This document shows positions 1 to 8,493 of a stretch of 9,471 nucleotides of DNA, one piece after another; the first letter of the stretch is position 1, and each line of letters opens with the position of its first letter. The stretch is from positions 1 to 9,471 of the IMG/VR virus record IMGVR_UViG_2534681810_000007; one strand, 5' to 3'. A program made the position numbers and the translations under genes. This DNA is from a virus. Its lineage: Duplodnaviria; Heunggongvirae; Uroviricota; Caudoviricetes. Below the pieces are notes generated by a model that saw only the letters and a list, made by a program, of their open reading frames with translations, was not told where the DNA came from and searched no databases.

Positions 1-618
1 TCAGGCTTGAATACCTTTATCGAATCCCGGTAATAAAAACTGTCCCTGTCTCTCCAGACGTTCCAGCTTTGCAAGCAATTGAGGTTTTTTCGTTCTCCCC
101 CAGCGATTGAGCAGACGGCCTGACATGCTGGCGACATCCTTCTCTTTCATGTACTCCAGCATTACGGCGTTACGTTCTGCTTCATAACTTTCGCTGTACT
201 TACGGAGTTCTGCTGACATCCAGTTAAACGCATTGATATAGGCTTCTTTAACAGCATCGGCTTTTGCCCCGTTAAATCCCATAACCAGCATAACGAAGCC
301 ACTAAAGTCCATGCGGTAGTAAATCTGTTTCTTGTCAAAAATCCCTAAGTCATTGATTTTCTCGACGGCCCAAAAATGGGTTGTCGAGAATTCCTCAGAA
401 CATCTCAAACATTTAATAGCCCTAATCACATGCTGATGGCGTTTACCAAATGCCCTGGCAATCTGGAAGGTGTCAGTTACCGGTTGACCTTCTGCTGCGG
501 TAACTAACTGGCGAAAGTCGAAGTCATGATTCGCAATTAATTCATTCATGGCGTTGCCTGCTTCTTTGAAATGAACCTTTGCCGCACAGGAAACCAGCCC
601 ACCGAGGCTCGCCAGCAC
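1..618 (-). CDS. rha: Rha-family phage regulatory protein (antirepressor-like)
   Basis: Minus-strand ORF ending with a TGA at 3..1. The segment MNELIANHDFDFRQLVTAAEGQPVTDTFQIARAFGKRHQHVIRAIK resembles the N-terminal Phage_pRha domain, by recall. Two candidate starts: GTG at 618..616 with GAGGA 9 nt upstream, or ATG at 549..547 (MNELIA...) with a weaker AGCAGG. Position after the lysis genes matches the P22-type arrangement. Confidence 0.7.
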   Translation of the reverse strand: MLASLGGLVSCAAKVHFKEAGNAMNELIANHDFDFRQLVTAAEGQPVTDTFQIARAFGKRHQHVIRAIKCLRCSEEFSTTHFWAVEKINDLGIFDKKQIYYRMDFSGFVMLVMGFNGAKADAVKEAYINAFNWMSAELRKYSESYEAERNAVMLEYMKEKDVASMSGRLLNRWGRTKKPQLLAKLERLERQGQFLLPGFDKGIQA

Positions 619-702
619 TAACTGGTATCCTCAAAGGCCCATTCCAAAGGGTCAGGTTCGGTGTTTATTGTGCGCTGCGGTGCGCGGTGAAATACCGGTA
701 CA

Positions 703-731
703 AAAATGCCCCGCATCTGCGAGGCATTTTC
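703..731 (-). terminator. Imperfect hairpin with flanking T/A runs between Rz and rha; candidate intrinsic terminator
   Basis: aaaatgcc / ggcatttt arms at 703..710 and 723..730, with an inner cgca / tgcg stem. On the minus strand the stem is followed by TTTTTG, about 40 nt downstream of the Rz stop. Confidence 0.45.
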
Positions 732-767
732 CTGAAAGTCACTTGTTAAATTTCAGTGAAATTAAAA

Positions 768-1205
768 TTATTTTAAGCACTGCGTCCTGATGTATTCCTG
801 CAGGTAGTTAACCTGCGCGGTTATCTTGTCGATTCCACCTCGGAGACGGTAATAATTGAGTTCAGCATCTGCTGTAAGTCCTGGGCTTTCTCCATCGCCC
901 ATGCTGCTGGCTCCGGTCGTTGACTTTGCACAGGTGGCGGAGACTTGCAGGCGCTTACGCCCAGCAGAAACATCAGCACGGAGACTTTCGATAGTCGCAT
1001 TAGCATCAGCAAGCTCCTTTGTGTATCTGGCGTCGAGTTCTGCTACATCACGTTGACGCTTCTGCATGTCAGCGATGATGGATGTGGCTTTGTCGCGCTG
1101 GTCTTTGTAGGCGATGGCGTTATCACGGTAATGATTAACAGCCCATGACAGGCAGAGGATGATGCAAATAACCAGAGCGGAGATAATCGCGGTTACCCTG
1201 CTCAT
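768..1205 (-). CDS. Rz: Rz i-spanin (inner-membrane spanin subunit)
   Basis: Translation [36 protein letters not shown]... is nearly collinear with lambda Rz as I recall it. N-terminal TM helix followed by a coiled-coil-like periplasmic region. Start ATG at 1205..1203 overlaps the endolysin TGA stop (ATGA). Confidence 0.9.
   Translation of the reverse strand: MSRVTAIISALVICIILCLSWAVNHYRDNAIAYKDQRDKATSIIADMQKRQRDVAELDARYTKELADANATIESLRADVSAGRKRLQVSATCAKSTTGASSMGDGESPGLTADAELNYYRLRGGIDKITAQVNYLQEYIRTQCLK
821..1006 (-). CDS. Rz1: Rz1 o-spanin (outer-membrane lipoprotein), embedded in Rz in the +1 frame
   Basis: 61 aa, [27 protein letters not shown]...: signal peptide, lipobox-like VSAC and a proline-rich mature region, typical of Rz1. 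AGGAG lies 7 nt upstream of the ATG at 1006. Entirely inside Rz in another frame. Confidence 0.85.
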   Translation of the reverse strand: MLMRLSKVSVLMFLLGVSACKSPPPVQSQRPEPAAWAMEKAQDLQQMLNSIITVSEVESTR

Positions 1206-1699
1206 TGCTGCCCCCACAAACAGACTTCACGCTCAATATCACGACGGGTCATCAGCCCTTTCCATTGCTTACCGCCAGCGTATGTCCAGCGACGTAGCTG
1301 GTCACATGCGCCTTTGATATCACCCTGGTTTATTTTGCGAAGAAGCGTCGATGTTCTGAAATTACCAGCGCCCACGTTGTAAACGAACGAGTAAAGAGCG
1401 CCGCGCGTTGTTTCCGGTATATCGACTTTGATGTACGGGTTAATTTGTCTGGCGACCGTGGCAAGGTCTTTATTCAGGAGGGCTTTGCATTCTGCTTCGG
1501 TATACGTTTTACCGGGAATGATGTCTTTTCCGGTGTGTCCGTGACATACAGTCCATACGCCAACGATATCTTCGTATGGTATGTAGCTGACACCTTCCAG
1601 GCCATCGTCACCACTCGGACCAGTGATGAGCACAGACGCTATGGCAACAGCCCCACCACCAATAGCAGCAGCAACAGCCTTGCGTAATGATGGCGACAT
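1202..1699 (-). CDS. R: SAR endolysin (phage-21 R-type lysozyme with signal-anchor-release domain)
   Basis: 165 aa. N-terminal Gly/Ala-rich weakly hydrophobic SAR segment ([18 protein letters not shown]), then [24 protein letters not shown] with the E-D-T lysozyme catalytic arrangement. Near-identical to phage 21 R as I recall it. Start ATG 1699..1697 overlaps the holin stop. Confidence 0.92.
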   Translation of the reverse strand: MSPSLRKAVAAAIGGGAVAIASVLITGPSGDDGLEGVSYIPYEDIVGVWTVCHGHTGKDIIPGKTYTEAECKALLNKDLATVARQINPYIKVDIPETTRGALYSFVYNVGAGNFRTSTLLRKINQGDIKGACDQLRRWTYAGGKQWKGLMTRRDIEREVCLWGQQ

Positions 1700-1914
1700 T
1701 ATTCACCTCTCGCAGCCTTACGCTTATCTTCTTTAATCTTGAAATAAAGGTTTGTCAGATACGTCAGCAAGCCAAACACCAGGCTACCCAATACGCCTAT
1801 TGCCACCCACTGGGATGGGGAGACTTTGTCCAGCAACTGCAGTAGCCAGTATCCCGTCCCCACCGCTGACGTGGTGTATGACACACCTGTTGTTATTTTT
1901 TCCATCTGGTACAT
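1699..1914 (-). CDS. S: Pinholin (phage-21 S-type class II holin) with dual-start motif
   Basis: From the ATG at 1914 the product is 71 aa, [71 protein letters not shown]: two TM segments and a charged C-terminus, matching S21. GGGAGA lies 6 nt upstream. A second in-frame Met three codons later (M-Y-Q-M) is the holin/antiholin dual-start arrangement. The longer track ORF from 1959 has no ribosome-binding site. Confidence 0.88.
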   Translation of the reverse strand: MYQMEKITTGVSYTTSAVGTGYWLLQLLDKVSPSQWVAIGVLGSLVFGLLTYLTNLYFKIKEDKRKAARGE

Positions 1915-1942
1915 ACCCCGTCTCCCGTTATCCGGAAGCTGA

Positions 1943-1977
1943 CAACAATAAAAAGCCACCAGTTAATTCCTGATGGC
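1943..1977 (-). terminator. Intrinsic terminator immediately upstream of the lysis cassette
   Basis: Minus-strand RNA would form an 8-bp stem GCCAUCAG / CUGGUGGC (one G.U) with a 7-nt loop, followed by UUUUUAUUGUUG. It lies about 30 nt upstream of the pinholin start. Confidence 0.6.
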
Positions 1978-2322
1978 CCTGATGCATAAACGTCATAATA
2001 CCTGACTGTTATGATTGACAATAATGATAATGTTTATATAGAAAGGTTCCCGATGTGTGTTACATATCATTTCTCCACGGGGAATATCCCCACGCCAGCG
2101 CAGACTCTTTTACCCGTTCTCTTCTGCGCTGGCTCTTTTTTATTATGCTGCTGCATTTACCTCTGGCACCATGCTTTCTATCTCAACACAATACGTGGTA
2201 CTTCTTGTAACCAATATCATAACGATTAATCGACATAGAATTTCTCCCGTGTACAGGAACAGAGTTAAAAAGCCGGAACCGGAATCAAATCACAGGATGA
2301 CCATCTGCCAGTGGCAGGTCAT

Positions 2323-2350
2323 AAAAAAAAGGCCGCGCCATGCGCAGCCA
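2323..2350 (-). terminator. Intrinsic terminator downstream of the moron gene (candidate tR'-equivalent)
   Basis: Minus strand reads ggcTGCGCatgGCGCGgcc followed by TTTTTTTT: an 8-bp GC-rich stem with one G.U, a 3-nt loop and a U8 tract. The plus strand has A8 before the stem and no T-run after it, so it is unidirectional. Confidence 0.65.
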
Positions 2351-2779
2351 GAACTCACAAGGAAAATGATAGAAGGAAATAACATTAGTGATGTACGCAT
2401 GGCGCCTCCCGCTAAGTTCTGCAATGATCAAACAGAACTCGCTACGTGCCCTTAAAACTCGATCATTTAGCCCCTCCAAGGAGGATTCACCATGCGGTTG
2501 ATTTTTTAATAAACAGTAAACAAAAAAGTCAAGAATTATTCATTCTGTTCTTTCATCATCGGCCACAGCAATACCACAATGCCGCAGACCAGAGCGCCAT
2601 CAGTCAGTACCAACATTATCCTGCTGGTGAAATCCATCATCACCATCACTAAAAGCAGGATCACAACAGCAAGCAGACACAGTTTATAAAACAATGTTCA
2701 GAAAACGCATTCAGCATGCCTAAGGTTCTATTCCTACGAATAGCCAACTTGCAACTTAAAATATTATTTATGCAGCCAA

Positions 2780-3538
2780 TTAAATTCTGGTCCTTACAAT
2801 ATCAACCTGAAGATTCTTATCTTGTGCTGATTGATAAATGACAAACCTTTTACTACCTGCATTGAAAGAAGTAGACAAAACCAGACAATTATCATAACGA
2901 GCAAGAACATAATACCAACCATCATTATAATTAATCATTTCATATTCTTTCTTAAACTGCGGTTTGTAATATCCTGTCAGAAATGAAAAAAGCCAGAAAT
3001 ATGCCACAAAAGCAATCATCACAATCTCAAAAAAATGTTTTTTTATAAATGGCTTATCATAGAAGCATGATACCGATAAAAATCGCCCATAAGATCTTAT
3101 CGAAATTGTAACCGCCAGCGCAATCGCTGCTGACAGTAGCAAAAGAGGTACCTGAATCTTCTGTCTCAATATAGAAAACTCAATAATTGCCGGCACAAAC
3201 AATAATTCCACAGCAAAATAAAGGCGAAATACATTTAGCTCTTGCATAGAATGTTTTCTTTTCACTGCGAAAAAGAATACAACACCAATACCCCAACCGA
3301 TAAGAAATATAGCAATGACGATAACTGCAAAAAATAAACTTCTGGCAACATCATCAACACCTGCACCTACAATCCACCATGGGAAGCCGTAGTAAAAAGA
3401 AGTACCCCATCCATAGAAATAAGCACTCCCCCATCCAAGGCATCCCATGTAGGCAATAAAAAGTGAAGAACTCCTGAGCAGCGCACCATCCTTCATAACC
3501 ACCCCAATACAAGATGATAACATTGGCTTACAACTCAT
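2780..3538 (-). CDS. Hypothetical multi-pass membrane protein of unknown function (AT-rich moron between pR' and the lysis genes)
   Basis: 252-aa ORF with about five hydrophobic helices rich in aromatic and Gly residues, and a ~60-aa hydrophilic C-terminal tail. The segment is visibly more AT-rich than the flanking phage genes. I recognise no family. Start is uncertain: the ATGs at 3538, 3523 and 3496 all lack a good Shine-Dalgarno sequence. Confidence 0.6.
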   Translation of the reverse strand: MSCKPMLSSCIGVVMKDGALLRSSSLFIAYMGCLGWGSAYFYGWGTSFYYGFPWWIVGAGVDDVARSLFFAVIVIAIFLIGWGIGVVFFFAVKRKHSMQELNVFRLYFAVELLFVPAIIEFSILRQKIQVPLLLLSAAIALAVTISIRSYGRFLSVSCFYDKPFIKKHFFEIVMIAFVAYFWLFSFLTGYYKPQFKKEYEMINYNDGWYYVLARYDNCLVLSTSFNAGSKRFVIYQSAQDKNLQVDIVRTRI

Positions 3539-3696
3539 AACAAAAGCAATTCAATGCCGTCAAGAGGTTACAGGCTAAAAAACTCTATTACATTGCAGTC
3601 AGCATGTTTACTACACAAATACAATTCAGAGCATAAAAACTACTCGGCGGCAGGTTATTGAGACTCATCAATGACATGTAAAAAACGCCCATTATT

Positions 3697-3732
3697 GGTG
3701 TCAAGTTTCCCCAAAGTTATTCAAAAAGTCAA
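3697..3732 (-). promoter_or_regulatory. pR'-like late promoter with qut/pause region, just downstream of Q
   Basis: Minus strand reads TTGACT-(17 nt)-GAAACT-TGACACCAATAATGGG. This is collinear with lambda pR' as I recall it (TTGACT-(17 nt)-TAAATT-TGACTCAACGATGGG), including the -10-like pause element in the early transcribed region (AATAAT here, AACGAT in lambda). Confidence 0.6.
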
Positions 3733-3774
3733 TATTATGCCGTTAATATGTTGCCATCCGTGGCAATCATGGCG

Positions 3775-4398
3775 CTAACGTGTGATCGCATTCAAAATGT
3801 TGTCTGCGATTGACTCTTCCTTGTGGCATTGCACAACCAGAGCGTCATACAGCGGCTTAACAGTGCGTGACCAGGTGGGTTGGGTAAGGTTTGGGATTAG
3901 CATCGTCACAGCGCGATATGCGGCGCTTGCTGGCATTCTTGAATAACCGACGCCTTTACATCTTCCGCACTCTTTCTCAGCAACTCTCCCCCACAGCTCT
4001 GTTTTGGCTATATCAACCGCACGGCCTGTACCGTGGCAATCTCTGCATCTTGCGCCCGGCGTAGCGGCACTACGGCAATAATCCGCATAAGCGAATGTTG
4101 CGAGCACTTGCAGTACCTTTGCCTTAGTATTTCCTTCAAGCTTTGCCACGCCACGGTATTTCCCCGATACCTTGTGTGCAAATTGCATCAGATAGTTGAT
4201 AGCCTTTTGTTTGTCGTTCTGGCTGAGTTCGTGCTTACCACAGAATACAGCCATTCCGAATCCGGCTTGTGATTGCGCCATCCCCATAGCAGCCATCACA
4301 TCAGTACCGGAAAGAGAGTCAGAAGCCGTGGCCCGTGGTGAGTCGCTCATCATCGGGCTTTTTGGCGAATGAAATTTAGCTATGCTTTCGAGTCTCAT
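3775..4398 (-). CDS. Q: Late-gene antiterminator Q (lambda Q type)
   Basis: 207 aa, [50 protein letters not shown]..., essentially identical to lambda Q by recall, including the Cys-rich zinc-binding region (CRDCHGTGR...CGRCKGVGY). Start ATG overlaps the phosphatase stop. Confidence 0.95.
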   Translation of the reverse strand: MRLESIAKFHSPKSPMMSDSPRATASDSLSGTDVMAAMGMAQSQAGFGMAVFCGKHELSQNDKQKAINYLMQFAHKVSGKYRGVAKLEGNTKAKVLQVLATFAYADYCRSAATPGARCRDCHGTGRAVDIAKTELWGRVAEKECGRCKGVGYSRMPASAAYRAVTMLIPNLTQPTWSRTVKPLYDALVVQCHKEESIADNILNAITR

Positions 4399-5060
4399 GC
4401 GCCTTCTCCCTGTACCTGAATCAATGTGAGGTTTCCGCAGAACACTGCGCCAGTATCGATATACATCTGGTTGGCAAATTTGAGTGGTTTCACTGCTGGC
4501 GTATGACCAAAGATGAACGTGTCCGCGCCTTTGATTTCTTTCACGATCCCGTCTTGTGAGTTGCTGATTCGTTCGCGGTTCCAGATTACCTGCTGATGAT
4601 CAACTGGCTTTCCAAACTCGTATTTATCACAAGGATAATCGGCGTGGCAGATGACATATTTTTTTCCTTTACTCACCAGTTCGATGATTAACGGAAGTTC
4701 ATCTGCTTTATGGGCAAGAGCTTTAGCCAGAATTTCTTTGTCGTAATCGAGATTAAAGAACCAGCCACCGCCATTAAGCAGCCAGTGATTGACGTTTCCA
4801 CGCTCTGATAAGCCATCAATCATCATTTGCTCATGGTTTCCACGTACAGCTCTGAACCAGGGGAATGTGATTAATTCCAGGCATTCAACGTTCTCTGCAC
4901 CACGATCAACCAAATCGCCCACCGAGATAAGCAGGTCTTTTTTGTTGTCGAATCCAATCGTATCCAGTTTGTTCATCAGGTTCGTGTAGCATCCGTGCAG
5001 ATCGCCAACTACCCAAGTATTTCGGTATTTGCTGCCATCAATTCTTTCGTAGATATTCAT
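4395..5060 (-). CDS. Ser/Thr protein phosphatase (lambda orf221 / NinI-like, calcineurin-like metallophosphoesterase)
   Basis: 221 aa with the metallophosphatase motifs GDLHG, GDLVDRG and GNHE, and a C-terminus ...[19 protein letters not shown] matching lambda protein phosphatase as I recall it. ATGA overlap with the ninG stop. Confidence 0.95.
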   Translation of the reverse strand: MNIYERIDGSKYRNTWVVGDLHGCYTNLMNKLDTIGFDNKKDLLISVGDLVDRGAENVECLELITFPWFRAVRGNHEQMMIDGLSERGNVNHWLLNGGGWFFNLDYDKEILAKALAHKADELPLIIELVSKGKKYVICHADYPCDKYEFGKPVDHQQVIWNRERISNSQDGIVKEIKGADTFIFGHTPAVKPLKFANQMYIDTGAVFCGNLTLIQVQGEGA

Positions 5061-5680
5061 GCAGCCTCACTTCTGCTGTTTCGCAGTTTTTTAAGTTTCT
5101 GTTGATACTCCGCCTTGATGGTCCTGCACTCTTCGATAGTCCAGCGATGGCGGTTATGGTTTGATTCGATTTCGTCTACTGCTTCCTGCCCGATGCGGCT
5201 AATCAGTTCGACGCGATACGGAACGAGATTTCCGCTTTTGTGCTGGTTGCACACCACACATTGCTTGTGAATATTGCGTTCATCAAATCGGAGTTGAGGT
5301 GCCGCAGCAGTTGTCCGGTAATGCCCGGCATCCCACTGAGCAGACGTGAGCGTTCCGCACGAGATACATGGTAAGTCGCGGTCTCTTTCTCTGATGAAGG
5401 CGTTTACGGCTTGTTGGGCTTGTTTAATCCAGTAACTGCGGGGCTTTAAGGCGAGTTTTTGAATCTTAAGTTTATCTTTCTGTTTCTGCTCCTCTCGTCG
5501 TCGTTTCTTCTCTGCTGCCTTTTCTGCCTTTTCCGCTTTTTCGCGTTCTTTGCTTCGTCGTTCGAGTGCTATCTTGGTTCCACACTCTGGAGAGCACCAC
5601 CACTGATTAGCGAATGCAGGGTGAAACCATTCCCGACATTCATCGTTTTTACATCGTCTTCGCGCTGGTTTAGCCATCAT
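5057..5680 (-). CDS. ninG: NinG / Rap recombination-associated protein (structure-specific endonuclease)
   Basis: 207 aa, [42 protein letters not shown]..., with a lysine/glutamate-rich low-complexity stretch and a Cys-rich C-terminal half, matching lambda NinG. The start overlaps the 3' end of ninF. Confidence 0.92.
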   Translation of the reverse strand: MMAKPARRRCKNDECREWFHPAFANQWWCSPECGTKIALERRSKEREKAEKAEKAAEKKRRREEQKQKDKLKIQKLALKPRSYWIKQAQQAVNAFIRERDRDLPCISCGTLTSAQWDAGHYRTTAAAPQLRFDERNIHKQCVVCNQHKSGNLVPYRVELISRIGQEAVDEIESNHNRHRWTIEECRTIKAEYQQKLKKLRNSRSEAA

Positions 5681-5840
5681 CTTCTTCCTCGTGCATCGAG
5701 CTATTCGGATCGCTCATAAGTTCTGCGCAACAGTGCTCACACACGTGAACTTCCAGCACATGCAGCTTCTGACCGCAGTTAGCGCACGTTAAAGCTCGCT
5801 CGACGCTTTCTTGTTCGTAACTTCGATTTTGGTCAATCAC
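5670..5840 (-). CDS. ninF: NinF-like small zinc-finger protein
   Basis: My own translation of the minus strand (the ORF is below the track cut-off): (V/M)[55 protein letters not shown], which matches lambda NinF by recall. Apparent GTG start at 5840..5838 overlaps the ninE TGA (GTGA). Start codon is uncertain. Confidence 0.75.
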   Translation of the reverse strand: MIDQNRSYEQESVERALTCANCGQKLHVLEVHVCEHCCAELMSDPNSSMHEEEDDG

Positions 5841-6019
5841 CTTGTTTTCCTCGCACGTTCTCTAAGCCACCGGATATCCCACAGGTGAGCCGTGTAGTTG
5901 AAGGTTTTTACGTCAGATTCTTTTGGGATTGGCTTGCGTTTATTTCTGGAGCGTTTCGTTGGAAGGTATTTGCAGTTTTCGCAGATGATGTCGGTGAAAC
6001 TTCGTCGCTGTCGTCTCAT
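5837..6019 (-). CDS. ninE: NinE protein
   Basis: 60 aa from the ATG at 6019, [60 protein letters not shown], matching lambda NinE. AGGAGG lies 5 nt upstream. The longer track ORF from 6064 has no ribosome-binding site. ATGA overlap with the ninB stop. Confidence 0.85.
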   Translation of the reverse strand: MRRQRRSFTDIICENCKYLPTKRSRNKRKPIPKESDVKTFNYTAHLWDIRWLRERARKTR

Positions 6020-6426
6020 TCGTACCTCCTGTCGGTAAATCTGACACCCTGACCAATAGCCCATGCTGTCGTGTACTCAATCAGACTTGCCATACGCTTC
6101 ACACTCATCTGCGCGCTGCTTTCGCGAATGTTGACGCATTCGCCTTCAAGCCCGGGTAAAACATCAGCTTCCTGTTTCGTTGCCACTGCATGACCGCTTA
6201 TCAACAAAACCTTCCATTGTTCTGGTTTTAACCATTTGCCGCGCCACTGAACTTGCCTAGCGATATCTGCGACCATCGCGTGAAATTTTGCGTTCTGGTC
6301 AAGGTTGCGCTTGTAGTCAGTAATGCGGATGGTAACTGGCTTGTCTTTATCGAGTGGTGTTGCGAGGATGGCGTTGATTGCGGCTTGCTGTTGTTGCTTA
6401 GTTCGGAGGAAGATTGTTTGCTTCAT
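6016..6426 (-). CDS. ninB: NinB / Orf-family recombination mediator
   Basis: 136 aa. The block [35 protein letters not shown] aligns with lambda NinB RSLDQNRKLWACLGDVSRQVEWHGRWLDAESWKCVF (recalled). GAGG lies 5 nt upstream of the ATG at 6426. Confidence 0.8.
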   Translation of the reverse strand: MKQTIFLRTKQQQQAAINAILATPLDKDKPVTIRITDYKRNLDQNAKFHAMVADIARQVQWRGKWLKPEQWKVLLISGHAVATKQEADVLPGLEGECVNIRESSAQMSVKRMASLIEYTTAWAIGQGVRFTDRRYE

Positions 6427-6433
6427 CGTTACC

Positions 6434-6640
6434 TCAACTCACAAAACGCCACGCCACTTTTGCTACGACAACAGGCATAACACCGATAATCACCCACAGG
6501 AAAATGCTACCGAAAAGCACACCAACCAGGTCTTTACCTTCGCCTACCAGCCGGACAAAACTGCTGGCAACCACAATGAACGTCGCCACCATCCACATAG
6601 CACCGAGAATCCTCAATGCAGAAAAAATCAACTCAACCAC
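6434..6640 (-). CDS. Hypothetical small two-helix membrane protein (68 aa)
   Basis: MVELIFSALRILGAMWMVATFIVVASSFVRLVGEGKDLVGVLFGSIFLWVIIGVMPVVVAKVAWRFVS: two hydrophobic helices separated by a short charged loop. GGGGGAGAG lies 6 nt upstream of the ATG. It sits between the tR2-like terminator and ninB, and its stop is 8 nt before the ninB start. Confidence 0.6.
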   Translation of the reverse strand: MVELIFSALRILGAMWMVATFIVVASSFVRLVGEGKDLVGVLFGSIFLWVIIGVMPVVVAKVAWRFVS

Positions 6641-6650
6641 GATTTACTCT

Positions 6651-6687
6651 CCCCCAAATAAAAAGGCCTGCGATTACCAGCAGGCCT
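6651..6687 (-). terminator. tR2-like intrinsic terminator downstream of ren
   Basis: AGGCCTGC / GCAGGCCT 8-bp stem with an 8-nt loop. On the minus strand it is followed by TTTTATTTGG. This matches the lambda terminator that precedes ninB, as I recall it. Confidence 0.65.
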
Positions 6688-6712
6688 GTTACAAGCTCAG
6701 TGATGTAGATGG

Positions 6713-7003
6713 TCATCTTTTAACTCCATATACCGCCAATACCCGTTTCATCGCGGCACTCTGGCGACACTCCTTAAAAATTAGGTTCGTGCTCATCTTT
6801 CCTTCCCGTTCTTCCTTGGTAGCAAACCGGTAATACACCGTTCGCCAGACCTTACCTTCGATAACCAGAAGACCTGCCCGTGCCATTTTAGCCGCGGCCT
6901 GATTTATGCTGGTTACTGTTGCGCCTGTTAGCGCGGCAACGTCCGGCGCACAGAAGCTATTATGCGTCCCCAGGTAATGAATAATTGCCTCTTTGCCCGT
7001 CAT
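6713..7003 (-). CDS. ren: Ren protein (Rex-exclusion resistance)
   Basis: 96 aa, MTGKEAIIHYLGTHNSFCAPDVAALTGATVTSINQAAAKMARAGLLVIEGKVWRTVYYRFATKEEREGKMSTNLIFKECRQSAAMKRVLAVYGVKR, near-identical to lambda Ren by recall. ATGA overlap with the P stop. Confidence 0.9.
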   Translation of the reverse strand: MTGKEAIIHYLGTHNSFCAPDVAALTGATVTSINQAAAKMARAGLLVIEGKVWRTVYYRFATKEEREGKMSTNLIFKECRQSAAMKRVLAVYGVKR

Positions 7004-7243
7004 ACACTTGCTCCTTTCAGTCCGAACTTAGCTTTGAGTTCTGCGATCTTCGCCAGAGCCTGTGCACGATTTAGAGGTCTACCGCCCATGACAGGAAGTT
7101 GTTTTACTGGTTCAGGGATCGCCTCACCACGGTTAATTCTCGCAGTCATATGGACAAGCTCATCTGCGGCCTTACGGCGTAATTCCGCATCAGTAAGCGC
7201 ATTGGCCCGCATGTTCTGATACAGGTTGGTAACCAGCCAGTAG
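7000..7243 (-). pseudogene. P: Replication protein P, 3' fragment only (truncated at the IS boundary)
   Basis: The reading frame ends ...ELRRKAADELVHMTARINRGEAIPEPVKQLPVMGGRPLNRAQALAKIAELKAKFGLKGASV, matching the lambda P C-terminus. The first 9 codons of the track ORF 7000..7269 lie inside the IS inverted repeat, so only about the last 80 codons of P remain. Confidence 0.8.
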
Positions 7244-7315
7244 TGTAGTGGCACACTGAATTTGGCCACCTGAACAGAGGTGATATGCTCACCTCAGAAC
7301 AACACAGGTGCTCCA

Positions 7316-8484
<1,169 letters not shown>

Positions 8485-8493
8485 CCACTACAT

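Noticed and set aside
671-690. GTGCGC direct repeat and apparent palindrome upstream of rha
   Set aside because: On checking, it is not a true inverted repeat, and it is too short to assign as an operator without comparative data.
1699-1959. Longer holin ORF starting at 1959 ([15 protein letters not shown]...)
   Set aside because: No Shine-Dalgarno sequence, and the extension would sit on top of the upstream terminator. The ATG at 1914 has a GGGAGA site and gives the canonical 71-aa pinholin.
856-1973. Plus-strand track ORFs 856..1056, 945..1148, 1445..1687 and 1752..1973
   Set aside because: They lie antisense within the well-supported Rz, endolysin and holin genes, have low-complexity Ser/Ala/Pro-rich translations and no ribosome-binding sites. 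They are shadow ORFs.
2011-2479. Track ORFs 2011..2229 (+), 2057..2455 (+) and 2285..2479 (-, TTG start)
   Set aside because: No ribosome-binding sites, atypical composition, and they span the terminator hairpins. More likely non-coding leader or spacer sequence.
2446-2652. Plus-strand 68-aa ORF ending in EIHHHHH
   Set aside because: GTG start without a ribosome-binding site and a low-complexity His/Gln-rich translation; it looks like a chance open frame in the AT-rich intergenic region.
1915-2779. tRNA genes in the Q-to-S interval (common in some lambdoid prophages)
   Set aside because: I found no cloverleaf-compatible sequence and no T-arm or anticodon-arm signatures on either strand.
3539-3600. 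Dedicated sigma70 promoter for the moron (TTGACG ... TTATGA)
   Set aside because: The -35 is good but every candidate -10 at a sensible spacing is poor, and the hexamer overlaps the putative start codon. The pR'-like promoter upstream is the better-supported source of transcription.
7000-7269. Track ORF 7000..7269 as an intact 89-aa gene
   Set aside because: Its first 9 codons are encoded by the IS inverted repeat; it is a fusion artefact of the truncated P reading frame, not a native gene.
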